Position numbers and translations under genes: made by a program. A stretch of 64,000 bases of DNA from Gemmatimonadota bacterium. Lineage in GTDB: Bacteria; Gemmatimonadota; Gemmatimonadetes; Gemmatimonadales; GWC2-71-9. Position 1 is the first letter of the stretch; every line of letters begins with the position of its first letter. The DNA is taken from the NCBI GenBank assembly GCA_039586365.1, contig JBDHKN010000001.1, positions 1 to 64,000 of the forward strand, read 5' to 3'. Under the pieces are notes generated by a model, which ran no database searches, had not been told where the DNA came from, and was given only the letters and a program-made list of their open reading frames with translations. Of this stretch, positions 28,211-38,371 are shown piece by piece.

Positions 28211-29137
28211 CTACTCCTCCTCCTCCTTCTTCCTTCCTCGGACCAGAGACTTGATGCTTCCGAGGAACCCACCTTTTTGAGCCGGCTCATCGACCGCCTC
28301 GACCGCGGTGCGAACGTCAGCCGCGAAGGCCGTTATGGAACTCTGGCGGTTTTTCGGATTCCGCTCTAGCCCTTTCATGACGGCCGCTTCCAGTGCGGAG
28401 CTGAACGCCATCCCACTAACGGCCTGATTCAGTGGGGTTGGGGGCTGAGTCAACAGCTGATGGAACACCTCTCGTGGCGATCGGCCGGCGTGAGGTTGGA
28501 CGCCGGTCAGCAGGAAATAGGTGATTTTGGCCAAGCTGAATGTGTCAGCGGCCTCGCTCACCAGCTCGCCTGACAAGGCCTCTGGGGCCACGTATTGCAG
28601 CGTTCCCACAAAAAAACCAGTACGGGTCAGGCGCTCTGACGCCGGCTCCTGAGCGTCTCGTGCAATACCGAAATCGAGCAGCTTTGAGGTCTGGGTCGTC
28701 GGATTGTAGACTATGTTCTCGGGTTTGAGATCCCTATGGATTATGTCCACGGCGTGGGCAGCACCCAGGCCGTCCGCAAGTTGGGTTACTATTTGGGCAA
28801 CGAGCTCGGGAGCCAGCGGACCTGACTTCTGAACGAACTTGGAGAGCGGTTCTCCGTCCATCCACTCCAGAGCCAAGTAGTATAGCCCTTCCTCTTCACC
28901 ATAGTCGTAGGTTCGGACAACGGAGGGATGCTGGACTCGGGCTCCGAAGCCAGCTTCCCTTAAGAACCTCTTCACAGCGGTACCGTCACTGCGTATGCGC
29001 TGCTTCAGAATCTTCACGGCGCAGCGCCCGTGCTCCGCATGTTCCGCCTTATATACGGTCGCAGTGCCACCTTCCCCCACCCTTTCTAGGAGCCGGTAGC
29101 CCGCGATCGTGCGACCTGCAAGGTTTTCGTTGGGCAT
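28211..29137 (-). CDS. Soluble Hanks-type Ser/Thr protein kinase
   Basis: GEGGTATVYKA, AVK, HRDLKPEN, DFG, GTLQYVAPE; no TM; start placed at ATG 29137. Confidence 0.92.
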   Translation of the reverse strand: MPNENLAGRTIAGYRLLERVGEGGTATVYKAEHAEHGRCAVKILKQRIRSDGTAVKRFLREAGFGARVQHPSVVRTYDYGEEEGLYYLALEWMDGEPLSKFVQKSGPLAPELVAQIVTQLADGLGAAHAVDIIHRDLKPENIVYNPTTQTSKLLDFGIARDAQEPASERLTRTGFFVGTLQYVAPEALSGELVSEAADTFSLAKITYFLLTGVQPHAGRSPREVFHQLLTQPPTPLNQAVSGMAFSSALEAAVMKGLERNPKNRQSSITAFAADVRTAVEAVDEPAQKGGFLGSIKSLVRGRKKEEEE

Positions 29138-29257
29138 TGAGTCGGCGAAAGTAATAACGCGACTTGAGCTTGAGCAAGTCACGTGGTTTATTGCCCCTTC
29201 CGAATTGGGCATGAATGATGCGGTTCTGGTTCTACGAGATACCCGTTCAAGGGATTT

Positions 29258-31486
29258 GTGAGTGTGAAGAGAATCGTTAGCCTGCTCAGCCTAGTTACCG
29301 GTGTTTCGCTGCTGCTAGCCGGGTCGACATCCGCGCAGGTTGCAAGCGGACTAGACGGTAGCGCAGCGACCTGGCGTGAAGCCGTGAGGTTGCGAGCAGG
29401 CTTGGCGGCGGATTCTGCCCGACCAGAGGATCTACTGCGCCTCGCCGAACTTGAGTTGGCGCTCGGGCAACCTGACAGGGTCCACCGCATTCTGACAGGC
29501 TCCGCCGAGACCGCCGAGGGACTCGCGCATCGGTCCACACCACTGCTTGCGGCCGCGGAGTATGAGTTAGGTCGGTTTGGCAGTGCGGCAGCGATGTTTG
29601 GTCAGGCTGCGGCTGGCTTACCTGGGAGGGAAGCCGCAGTGATGGCGGCCCGAGCCGGAGACGCTTACGAGAAGGCTGGGCAGCGGGACATTGCAGTGTT
29701 GTACTACCGCTTGGCTGCGTATTCCTTGCAGGAAATTGCTGGCTGGCTGGCACTGCGGGAGGCGCGGACGTCCCGTGACGGCCGGCGTGCTGTCGCTCTG
29801 TTGGCCCGGGTTCCCCGCGAAGGGCGAGTCCTGGCCCTCAGTGTCCGGGGTGAGGTCTTGCTGGCACTGGGTGACACGGTGGGCGCGGTCGACGCTCTTG
29901 CCGCCGGGGGTGTCCTTCCTCGTGCGGCCTCGCTGGCTGTCGCCCTGGACGACACGGTTCTGGCGCGGGCACTGGCATACCGTTCGATGGACGCTGCCGA
30001 TACCGCGGTAGTCCGAGAGGGTCTCAGTCTCGTGGTGACCCACTTGCCGGCACACACCGAACAAGAGTTCTTGGCGCTTGCACGTGCTGCCGCCCGGCTC
30101 AGATCCTTTCGTGAAGCCGTACGGTACGCCGAGGCAGCCATGGCTGCAGATACACCGTCTGCTGCAGCCCTCGTGGCGTTCGGCGACGTGTTGGTCCAGG
30201 CAGGGCAGAGTGGTAGGGCCCTCGTGGCCTATCAGCGGGCAGCCTCGCTGCAGGATGAGCGGGCACAGGTGGCGGCGTACAAGCGCGGCGCCCTGTTAAT
30301 GCGGTTGGGACAGTCGGCGAGGGGCATCACAGAGCTCACCGCGTTCGTTGAGCGGTACCCCAGCCATCGCCTGGCCCCGGTCGCTCTGTATGCAGTTGCG
30401 GACAGACATGCTCGCAACAGGCGCAGACAAACTGCTGAAGCGCTGTTCTGTGAGATCTCCGAACGGTGGCCGCAGCACTCTCACGCCTCTCAGGCTCGGT
30501 TCAAGCTGGCGGAGTGGGCGCTCAGTCGGCGAGACACGGCAGCGGCAGCTGACTGGTATCGTGCTGAAGTCAACGCAGCTGGTCTACAAAAGAACGTGGC
30601 GCTGTTCCATCTGGCGATGCTTGCCTCTGATTCACTTGCTGCCAAAGGGATTTTCGCCACGCTCGCACGGGTCGATTCGATCGGATACTACGGCACCATC
30701 GCCCGTCAATTGGCAGGACTGCCGCCGATGAGGATCGACCCGGTTAGTGAGGCACCCTTATCGGCAGCAGCTGACAAGCTCCTCGTGGCGCTGGATCTGC
30801 TCCGTGAGTCCCACCTGCTCGAGGAAGCCACAGTTCTTGTCGATGCCGTGGTTGCCCAGGAAAGACATCCTCCAGCGGAGTTGCTCGACGTCGCGGAGGG
30901 CCTCGTGGAGCGAGGGTACATGGCGGAAGGCATCCGGTTGGGGTGGAGGGCAGCCCGACAGTACACCTTGAACCACCCTCGGGTTCTGCGGGTGATCTAC
31001 CCGTGGCCCAATCGCGAGTTGATTGAGGCCGAGGCGATGGACCATGAAGTGGACCCCTACCTGTTGGCGGCGCTAATACGGCAAGAATCTGCGTTCCGGG
31101 CAGAAGTCATCTCTCATGCAGGCGCGTATGGTTTGATGCAGCTCATGCCGGCCACTGCCCGAGAGGTCGCGAGAAAACTGCAGGTCGAATGGGACCCCAC
31201 GTTGCTCACAGTGCTCGACGCTAACCTCCACCTAGGTGTCACCCATTTTGCTTACCTGCTTCGGAGATATAGCGAAGACGTCATCCCGGCCCTTGCAGCC
31301 TACAACGCCGGCTCCACTCCCGTGCGTCGCTGGCTAGCCCGTCCCGAGGCTAACGATCCCGTGCGTTTTGTCGAACGAATCCCGTATCAAGAAACCCGGG
31401 GGTACGTGCGCACGGTACTGCGCAATCGCTCCCTTTACCGAGCGCTCTACCCGCCAACGCCAGTGTTTACCGACGGCATGCCGTGA
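29258..31486 (+). CDS. Secreted TPR-containing soluble lytic transglycosylase (Slt-like)
   Basis: IRQESAF, GAYGLMQLMP, AAYNAG, IPYQETRGYV; signal peptide. Confidence 0.92.
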   Translation: MSVKRIVSLLSLVTGVSLLLAGSTSAQVASGLDGSAATWREAVRLRAGLAADSARPEDLLRLAELELALGQPDRVHRILTGSAETAEGLAHRSTPLLAAAEYELGRFGSAAAMFGQAAAGLPGREAAVMAARAGDAYEKAGQRDIAVLYYRLAAYSLQEIAGWLALREARTSRDGRRAVALLARVPREGRVLALSVRGEVLLALGDTVGAVDALAAGGVLPRAASLAVALDDTVLARALAYRSMDAADTAVVREGLSLVVTHLPAHTEQEFLALARAAARLRSFREAVRYAEAAMAADTPSAAALVAFGDVLVQAGQSGRALVAYQRAASLQDERAQVAAYKRGALLMRLGQSARGITELTAFVERYPSHRLAPVALYAVADRHARNRRRQTAEALFCEISERWPQHSHASQARFKLAEWALSRRDTAAAADWYRAEVNAAGLQKNVALFHLAMLASDSLAAKGIFATLARVDSIGYYGTIARQLAGLPPMRIDPVSEAPLSAAADKLLVALDLLRESHLLEEATVLVDAVVAQERHPPAELLDVAEGLVERGYMAEGIRLGWRAARQYTLNHPRVLRVIYPWPNRELIEAEAMDHEVDPYLLAALIRQESAFRAEVISHAGAYGLMQLMPATAREVARKLQVEWDPTLLTVLDANLHLGVTHFAYLLRRYSEDVIPALAAYNAGSTPVRRWLARPEANDPVRFVERIPYQETRGYVRTVLRNRSLYRALYPPTPVFTDGMP

Positions 31487-32028
31487 CGAACACTTCCCTA
31501 AGGCGGGTCCTCCACGTTGGTTCGGGTACTCTGTTGTTTGCCATACCTCTCGGTTCTTGGAGTCTACTGCGCAGCGCACTCGCAGCATTGGTGTTCGTTG
31601 CGCTGATCATAGACGCTGCACGGATCACAAGTCCACGTTTTGGATCGCGTGTCGCGAACCTGATGCCCGTGTTTCGGCCCTATGAATCGTCCCGCCTGAG
31701 CGGTGCGACATTTCTCTGCGTGGGATATTTCCTTGCGGCGGCTTTTCCAGAACCCGCTCCGGTGGCCGGTATTCTGGTCAGTGCCCTTGCTGATCCTGCT
31801 GCGGCCGTGGCTGGTGGCTGGGGCAGGAAGTCGGCTGAAAAGACGCTACAGGGGTCCCTCGCTGCCCTCGTTGTCGCGACAGGAATTCTCACAGCACTCA
31901 GGCTGCCTCTATTGGCTGTGTTGGGTGGGGCCTGTACGGGGGCCGCGTTGGAGCGATGGTCCGGTCCTCTTGACGACAATCTCCTGATGGCGCCGGGGGT
32001 TACGATGATAGTCTGGCTGATGGCTTGA
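31483..32028 (+). CDS. CTP-dependent polyprenol/phytol/diacylglycerol kinase-like membrane protein
   Basis: RRVLH, E..RLSGAT, ADPAAAVAG, KTLQGS, DDNL. Confidence 0.8.
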   Translation: MTNTSLRRVLHVGSGTLLFAIPLGSWSLLRSALAALVFVALIIDAARITSPRFGSRVANLMPVFRPYESSRLSGATFLCVGYFLAAAFPEPAPVAGILVSALADPAAAVAGGWGRKSAEKTLQGSLAALVVATGILTALRLPLLAVLGGACTGAALERWSGPLDDNLLMAPGVTMIVWLMA

Positions 32029-32125
32029 CATCCGGGCTGTTTGCCCCACAAAATAGCAGTCCGGCCGGTTTTCGAATGGCTGGAATGTCGCACCGCAATT
32101 CAAATCGTTTGCAGGAGAGATGTAC

Positions 32126-32329
32126 ATGCCGCGGGGTAAGGTTAAGTGGTTCAACGATGCGAAAGGGTACGGGTTCATTGAGCAGGTCGAGGGGGGGGAC
32201 GACGTGTTCGTCCATTTCTCGGCCATTCAGGCGGACGGGTTCAGGACACTCCGGGAAGGTCAGGAAGTGGAGTTCGAGTTGAGGACCGGTGACAAGGGGC
32301 TGAACGCTCAAAATGTCGTAAGGGTCTAG
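32126..32329 (+). CDS. Cold-shock protein (CspA family)
   Basis: [32 protein letters not shown] favours ATG 32126. Confidence 0.96.
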   Translation: MPRGKVKWFNDAKGYGFIEQVEGGDDVFVHFSAIQADGFRTLREGQEVEFELRTGDKGLNAQNVVRV

Positions 32330-32349
32330 GCCCATTCTGCTTTGTGAGT

Positions 32350-32382
32350 AGCCCCGCCTTTGGTAATTGGGCGGGGCTTTTT
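32350..32382 (+). terminator. Intrinsic terminator after csp
   Basis: AGCCCCGCC/GGCGGGGCT stem followed by TTTT. Confidence 0.85.
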
Positions 32383-32402
32383 CTGAGGCTATCTTCCGGG
32401 GT

Positions 32403-35159
32403 ATGTCTCCCCCGGACAAGCTGCGGCTCTTCCTCGTAGACGGCTACGCGCTGATCTACCGGGCGTTCTTTGCGATGATGGATCGGCCACTACGCACAAG
32501 TCGAGGTGAAAACACGTCGGCTGTGTGGGGTGTGGCGAACTTCCTCCACCGCCTTCTTGAGCAGGAGGGACCCAGCCACCTGGCTTGGGTACATGATGCT
32601 GGAACGTCGTTTCGAAACGAGGTCTTCCCCGATTACAAGGCGACGCGGGAAAAGCTGGACGAGAATCTCCAGGAGGATTTTGACCGTTCTGTCGTGAGAA
32701 TCCAACAGCTCTTGCATGGGTTCAGAATTCCCTTGATCGCTGTTGCGGGTTTTGAGGCGGACGACGTGATCGGAACGCTGGCTCGGAAGGCCTCTGAAGC
32801 CAGCGTGCAGACCATCATCGTCTCGGGTGACAAGGATTTCTACCAACTCATCTCGAGGGACATTTGGGTGCTCAACCCGGGTAGGGGGGGTCCGGCACCT
32901 GTCAGTGAGAGTCTGGTCGGCCTTCCGAACGCGGCAGAACGTTTCGGGGTTCCGCCAGACAGGGTGGTTGATTATTTGGCGCTCGTGGGTGACTCCTCCG
33001 ACAACGTGCCCGGCGTAAAGGGGATTGGAGACAAGACTGCCCGTGCCCTGATCGGGCAGTACGGAGATCTGGACTCGATCTTGGCATCTGCCCAAGACGT
33101 GAAAGGCAAGAGGGCTCGAGAGGGATTGCTCCAGTACGCCGACCAGGCACGCCTGAGCCGCGAACTCGTGACGATCCGCCGTGACGTTCCTGTGGAGCTG
33201 GATCTCGCTTCTCTCAGTGTGCGCGAGCCGGACAGGGAGGCTCTGAGCACATTGTACGCCGCCCTGGAATTCAAATCCCTCGTCCGTAGGATCGGTGAGC
33301 GGCGAACCAGAGCTACTGCCGTCACGACAGAGGTCAGTATCCTTCGGAGTCCTGCGGAGCTCCCGGACGTCGTGCGCCAGCTGCGTGAAGGCGGCCTAGT
33401 TGGGCTTGAGGTCGCAGTAGAGTCGCCCAGTGCACGGTGGAGCAGGATCGTAGGTCTTGGGCTCGCCCTCGGGGACGGTCGCTGTTGGTACCTTCCGCTG
33501 AGTCATCGGCTGCCAGATGGAGAGCTGTCGGCGGACGGCCCTCCGATCAACCTGCCGGGTCCCAACGAAGCGTCGATGCGCCCAATCAAGGAGCTGTTGG
33601 AGGACCCGAGCGTCTCGAAAGCAGGTCATGACGTAAAACGGGCGTGGCTGTACCTCCGTGCTGCTGGAGTAAATCTGTCGGGAGTGAGGCACGATTCCAT
33701 GCTTGCCAGCTTCGTGCTCGAGCCAGGTCGCCGATCCGACGCGCTGGAAGAGCTCATGCAGGAGCACCTCGCCATCCGACTGCAACCGTACGAAGAATTG
33801 GTGGGCAAAGGGAAGTCTCAACGCCGATTATCGGAAATCGGAGTGGCCCGGGCCGCGGGGTACTGCTGCGCAAGGGGTGCAGCCGCGCTGCAGCTACTGG
33901 CCTCCTTCGATGCGAGACTCGACGAGACCGCAGGTCGCGATTTACTGGACACTATCGAGATACCACTGATTGGCACCCTGGTTGATATGGAATGGAGGGG
34001 TATCGGAGTTGATTTGAAGCGCCTCTCGGAGATTTCGCGGCGGTTTAGCTCCGAGTTGCGGGAAATCGAAGAGTCAATCTACCGGGAAGCAGGAGTCGAT
34101 TTCAATATCAATAGTACGCCGCAACTACGGCACATCTTGTTTGAGAAGCTGCAGCTCCCAACGCTCAAGCGTACCAAGACGGGGCCATCCACCGCTGCTG
34201 ATGTCCTAGGGCAGCTTGCAGCGATGGGCTTTGAGGTTCCGCGCCTGCTGCTTAGCTACCGAGAGCTGAGCAAGCTCAAGTCGACCTATGTCGACACCCT
34301 GCCTTCGAACGTGGCCCCCCACACCGGCCGTGTGCACACGAGTTTTAATCAATCGGGCGCGGCAACTGGGCGACTGTCTTCGTCTGACCCGAACCTCCAG
34401 AATATTCCGGTGAGAACTCCCAGAGGAGAGTCGATCCGTGAGTGTTTCGTTCCTGCCGGAGGATGTCAGTTCATTGTGGCGGATTACTCGCAGATAGAAC
34501 TGCGAGTGCTGGCGCATCTCTCCGAGGACTCTGCGTTCATCGAGGCGTTCAAGCGCGGCGGTGACGTCCACCGCGAAACGGCAGCGGTCATTTTCGACGT
34601 GCCGGTGCACCTAGTGACACCGGAGATGCGAGCACGCGCGAAAACGATCAATTTTGCCACTATCTATGGCCAGGGGCCGTTTGCACTGGCTCGCCAACTA
34701 GGTGTCACGCAAGATGAAGCCAAGGAATTCATCCGGCTGTACTTCACGCGGTTCGCGGGCGTAAGGCGGTTTCTCGATGAGCTGATAGAGAACGCCCGGC
34801 GGGACGGCTATGTCGAGACCATGTTTGGGCGCCGCCGCTACATACCAGAAGTCAAGGATTCGGACTTCAACGTTCGTGCCTTTGGCGAACGGACCGCCAT
34901 GAACTCGCCCATACAGGGCTCAGCGGCTGACCTTATGAAGATCGCCATGGTCAACCTAGCCAGGTCTCTATCCGAGGCCAGGATGGAAACGGCGATTCTG
35001 CTGCAAGTGCACGACGAGCTGGTATTGGAGTCGTCCGACAGCGAGATCGAGCACGCCTGCACTATCGTTCGGAGAGAGATGGAACGTGCGGCTAGTCTCA
35101 AGGTTCCTCTGGTGGTAGATGTGGGGGTCGGGCCCAACTGGCTCAAAGCGAAAGCCTAG
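32403..35159 (+). CDS. polA: DNA polymerase I
   Basis: LVDG..LIYRAF, EADDVIG, GDSSDNVPGV, TGRLSSSDPNLQN, ADYSQIELR, KTINF, LQVHDEL. Confidence 0.98.
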   Translation: MSPPDKLRLFLVDGYALIYRAFFAMMDRPLRTSRGENTSAVWGVANFLHRLLEQEGPSHLAWVHDAGTSFRNEVFPDYKATREKLDENLQEDFDRSVVRIQQLLHGFRIPLIAVAGFEADDVIGTLARKASEASVQTIIVSGDKDFYQLISRDIWVLNPGRGGPAPVSESLVGLPNAAERFGVPPDRVVDYLALVGDSSDNVPGVKGIGDKTARALIGQYGDLDSILASAQDVKGKRAREGLLQYADQARLSRELVTIRRDVPVELDLASLSVREPDREALSTLYAALEFKSLVRRIGERRTRATAVTTEVSILRSPAELPDVVRQLREGGLVGLEVAVESPSARWSRIVGLGLALGDGRCWYLPLSHRLPDGELSADGPPINLPGPNEASMRPIKELLEDPSVSKAGHDVKRAWLYLRAAGVNLSGVRHDSMLASFVLEPGRRSDALEELMQEHLAIRLQPYEELVGKGKSQRRLSEIGVARAAGYCCARGAAALQLLASFDARLDETAGRDLLDTIEIPLIGTLVDMEWRGIGVDLKRLSEISRRFSSELREIEESIYREAGVDFNINSTPQLRHILFEKLQLPTLKRTKTGPSTAADVLGQLAAMGFEVPRLLLSYRELSKLKSTYVDTLPSNVAPHTGRVHTSFNQSGAATGRLSSSDPNLQNIPVRTPRGESIRECFVPAGGCQFIVADYSQIELRVLAHLSEDSAFIEAFKRGGDVHRETAAVIFDVPVHLVTPEMRARAKTINFATIYGQGPFALARQLGVTQDEAKEFIRLYFTRFAGVRRFLDELIENARRDGYVETMFGRRRYIPEVKDSDFNVRAFGERTAMNSPIQGSAADLMKIAMVNLARSLSEARMETAILLQVHDELVLESSDSEIEHACTIVRREMERAASLKVPLVVDVGVGPNWLKAKA

Positions 35160-35232
35160 TGGGTTGTGTGGCAGGCCCGGTGGGCGGCATTATTCGAACG
35201 GAGTCAAGGGCTGGACGGAGAAAGGAGGCCTG

Positions 35233-35616
35233 TTGAAGAGCCCAGGTTTTACCTTTGTGGAACTTCTGGTCACCATGGCCGTCATCGGTGTCTTGGCATC
35301 CGTGGCACTCCCGCAGCTTCAGGGCTTCCGCAGGCGAAGCATGGTTTCAACCATGCAGGCTGACCTCCGTACCTTCGCGATGCATCAGGAATCCCATTTC
35401 TACGATACGTCAACGTATACAGACGACATGGTCGTGTTGAGGACCAAGGGATTCCACACCAGTCCAGAAGTCACTGTCATCGTGAATGAAGCGACGTTTC
35501 TCGGGTGGGCGGCTACCATGAAGCACGCTCAGCTCCTGATTGAGTGCTACATGTTCGTCGGGAATGCTGCACCGGTCGGAGCTGCAGTTTCAGAGGGGCA
35601 GATAGCCTGCGGTTGA
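35233..35616 (+). CDS. Type IV pilin-like protein (prepilin cleavage/methylation site)
   Basis: G|FTFVELLVTMAVIGVLASVALP; AAAGGAGG RBS before TTG 35233; C-terminal Cys pair. Confidence 0.9.
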   Translation: MKSPGFTFVELLVTMAVIGVLASVALPQLQGFRRRSMVSTMQADLRTFAMHQESHFYDTSTYTDDMVVLRTKGFHTSPEVTVIVNEATFLGWAATMKHAQLLIECYMFVGNAAPVGAAVSEGQIACG

Positions 35617-35957
35617 GGATTGAATGGCGCGAGTTCGAGCGTCGCCGAGAGGGCATGATTCACGCTCTCGACGGCGGTCTTTGGCTGCATCGATTTGCGC
35701 TGTGGGGCGAGGCCATGGCGCACCTCGTGTCGTCGAACCGCGAGCTCCTCCTAGAGGCAGGCAGGCTACTCGGCATGAAAGAGCGCTGGTTGCAGTACAA
35801 ACCGCTCAGGCACCCCCGCGCCGGAAGGCGAGTCGAGGCGTGGCATTGGGATCTCAGAGGACCGTATCTGGAAATGGGCTTGCGGCTTGCAGCACCCCGG
35901 GTTACAGCAACTACGTCTGCCGCGTCGCCCCGCCATCCGGAACTGACGCCGCCCTAA
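35613..35957 (+). CDS. DUF4031-like protein
   Basis: AHLVS...LL..GRLLGMKERWLQ...HWDL pattern; TTG start overlaps the pilin TGA. Confidence 0.6.
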   Translation: MRIEWREFERRREGMIHALDGGLWLHRFALWGEAMAHLVSSNRELLLEAGRLLGMKERWLQYKPLRHPRAGRRVEAWHWDLRGPYLEMGLRLAAPRVTATTSAASPRHPELTPP

Positions 35958-38214
35958 CACCAGGCCACCAATTCCACCTGCCGGCGATGTGCATGATCGC
36001 CGGCACTAGTACCATTCGGATCAGAGTTGCATCGAGGAAAACGGCCACCGCCAAGCCGAAACCCATCAGCTGAGCGGCCAAGACTCGGGAAAAACTGAAT
36101 ACTCCGAAGACGACAATCATTATTGCGGCTGCCGACGTAATGACCGACGCAGTTGCTGTCAGACCCTCCATCGTTGCCTGATCGTTTCTACCCGACCTGT
36201 CGAAGGCCTCCTTGATGCGAGCCAGCAGGAAGACCTCGTAGTCCATGCTGAGGCCAAAAACGACTGCAAATACCAATACCGGAACTACAACGTAGACTGC
36301 CTCAGTAGGTCCATCCAGGCCGAACAAACGTGCCCCGACTCCCTGTTGGAAGACCAGGACGGTAACGCCAAATGCCCCGCCGACCGACAGGCAGTTCATC
36401 ACCACGGCTTTTAGCGGGACGAGTATCGACTGAAACGCGATGAACAGCATCACCGCCGTGATTACCAAGACCAGCGCGACAACCAGGGGAAACCGTTTCA
36501 GTAGATCGTCCTGCAGGTCGACGCTGGCAGCTGCAAACCCACCGACCAGAACCTCGACGGAGTCGAGGCCCTGGATGCCTGATTGCGCAAGGCCCCTGAG
36601 ACGCCGCACGACGTCCATCGAGCTCGTGAAGGAGGTTGAGTCGGCAAGTAGCACGTCCATCAGCGTTGTGCGGCTGTCGCTCGACAGATACGCGGAGAAG
36701 AAATCAGGAGCCCGTGCTCGGGCCGTTTCGTCATTGCTGTAGAGCATCGCATAGCGCAGAGTGGACATGCCGGGTTCGAGGTCGACCACACTGCGCACTT
36801 GGGCGACGCGGGGATCCACTTGGATGGAGTCCGACAGCCGTTTCAGCCCACGCAGATACCGGGCTCCCACTACCCGTTCGCCTGCAGGTGCTTGGAGTAC
36901 GATGCGCACGGGCTGCAATGCCCCTCGTGCCCCAATCTGCTCGAGTGCCTTGACTCCTTCGGCCGACTCGGTGTTTTCGGGGAACCAACGGGACCGCGGT
37001 AGTCCGATCTGGATGTTAACGAGCGGCCAAGTGAACAAAGCGATGGCCAGCATTCCCATCACAATGGCACGCCACGGATGCCGCGCTAGCCAGCGGGCCC
37101 AACGTTCCCAGCCGGTCGGTGCGTGGTACCAAGCCAGCCTGCGCGCTAGCCAGTGCGGAACGTCGATGGCCCGTCCTAGATATGACAGTGCAGCTGGCAA
37201 CAACGTGACCGACAACAACACGGCAGAAGTCACGACTAGGAGTCCCCCGATCCCAACCGAGCGGGTCTCTGAGATAGGGGTGATGAGGAGGGAGGCAAAA
37301 CCGACGGCAACAGTAAGCCCGCTGGTGACCACCGCGCGTCCTGCTGTGGCAATGGTCCTTGCTGCAGCGTCCTTGGCAGTACGTCCTCGGTTCAGTTCCT
37401 CGCGGAACCGCGTGACAATCAACAATGAGTAGTCGATCCCGACGGCAAGTCCGACCATAGAGACAATCGTCAGCACGAAGACCGACATGGCGTGAAACGA
37501 AGTGGCGATCTGAACCAGCGCCAAGCTGCAGGTGATGGCCGTCATGCCAATGATGAGCGGTAACGCAGCAGCTACCAACGCTCCGAAGGCAAGGATCAAT
37601 ATCATGCCCGAGAAAGGCAACGCCTTCCGCTCGCCCGACTCCGCGTCCTCCTTGCTGACCGTGCGCACGTCGTAGTCGAGACCTGGACCACCGGTCACGT
37701 TGATTCTGTACTCGTGCGACCACGGCAGCCGGCTGGCTGACGTGTGAATGGCATGGCGGAACTCGACCACGTGGTCGGTGGGACTCACTCCGACTTCAGA
37801 CTGCACGGCTGCTATGAAGAAAGTTGTCAGCCGATCGTGGCTGATCAAATTGGAATCCGGTGTGGTGAGGTAGGAAACGATGCGGGTGATATAGGGAAGC
37901 GTGTCGACCGCGCCCGTCAGTGTCTCCAACAAGGTGCGAGTGGGTGTACTGTCAATCGGCAAGGGGCCTTCGATCGTGACGACGAAAAAGTGGAGAATGG
38001 GTTGGGGGAAGGCCTCGAGAATGAGTGCCCGCGAGCGGCTCGTCTCGGATTCTGTCAGTTGCTCACCTTCGACCTGAAGTGCCTCGTCCACCCGTGAAGC
38101 TCGTGGCCACGCCAAAGCGACCGCGACCGACCAGAAAACCAGAATCGCGGCCCGAAATCGGATAATCGAGCGGGCGGGGAGAGCGATCAAACTAGATGCT
38201 CCGCCCGGGCCCAC
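35911..38214 (-). CDS. MMPL family RND transporter
   Basis: GLAVGIDYSLLIVTRFREE, TAGRAVVTSG, FGLSMDYEVFLLARIKE, DATLIRMVLVPA. Confidence 0.95.
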   Translation of the reverse strand: MGPGGASSLIALPARSIIRFRAAILVFWSVAVALAWPRASRVDEALQVEGEQLTESETSRSRALILEAFPQPILHFFVVTIEGPLPIDSTPTRTLLETLTGAVDTLPYITRIVSYLTTPDSNLISHDRLTTFFIAAVQSEVGVSPTDHVVEFRHAIHTSASRLPWSHEYRINVTGGPGLDYDVRTVSKEDAESGERKALPFSGMILILAFGALVAAALPLIIGMTAITCSLALVQIATSFHAMSVFVLTIVSMVGLAVGIDYSLLIVTRFREELNRGRTAKDAAARTIATAGRAVVTSGLTVAVGFASLLITPISETRSVGIGGLLVVTSAVLLSVTLLPAALSYLGRAIDVPHWLARRLAWYHAPTGWERWARWLARHPWRAIVMGMLAIALFTWPLVNIQIGLPRSRWFPENTESAEGVKALEQIGARGALQPVRIVLQAPAGERVVGARYLRGLKRLSDSIQVDPRVAQVRSVVDLEPGMSTLRYAMLYSNDETARARAPDFFSAYLSSDSRTTLMDVLLADSTSFTSSMDVVRRLRGLAQSGIQGLDSVEVLVGGFAAASVDLQDDLLKRFPLVVALVLVITAVMLFIAFQSILVPLKAVVMNCLSVGGAFGVTVLVFQQGVGARLFGLDGPTEAVYVVVPVLVFAVVFGLSMDYEVFLLARIKEAFDRSGRNDQATMEGLTATASVITSAAAIMIVVFGVFSFSRVLAAQLMGFGLAVAVFLDATLIRMVLVPAIMHIAGRWNWWPGVRAASVPDGGATRQT

Positions 38215-38371
38215 TTCCCACCCGAAGTCCCTGTTGACAGCTCCACTGTAGGACTATTCACACATCCTGAATGTTGCGATTTGACAAGGGTTTAAATGAT
38301 AGAAGGGGTGAGCCCAAGATGCCAGATATACAAGGTGGCGGCTCAGTCTGTCTACCAGCGATATTAGGCAG

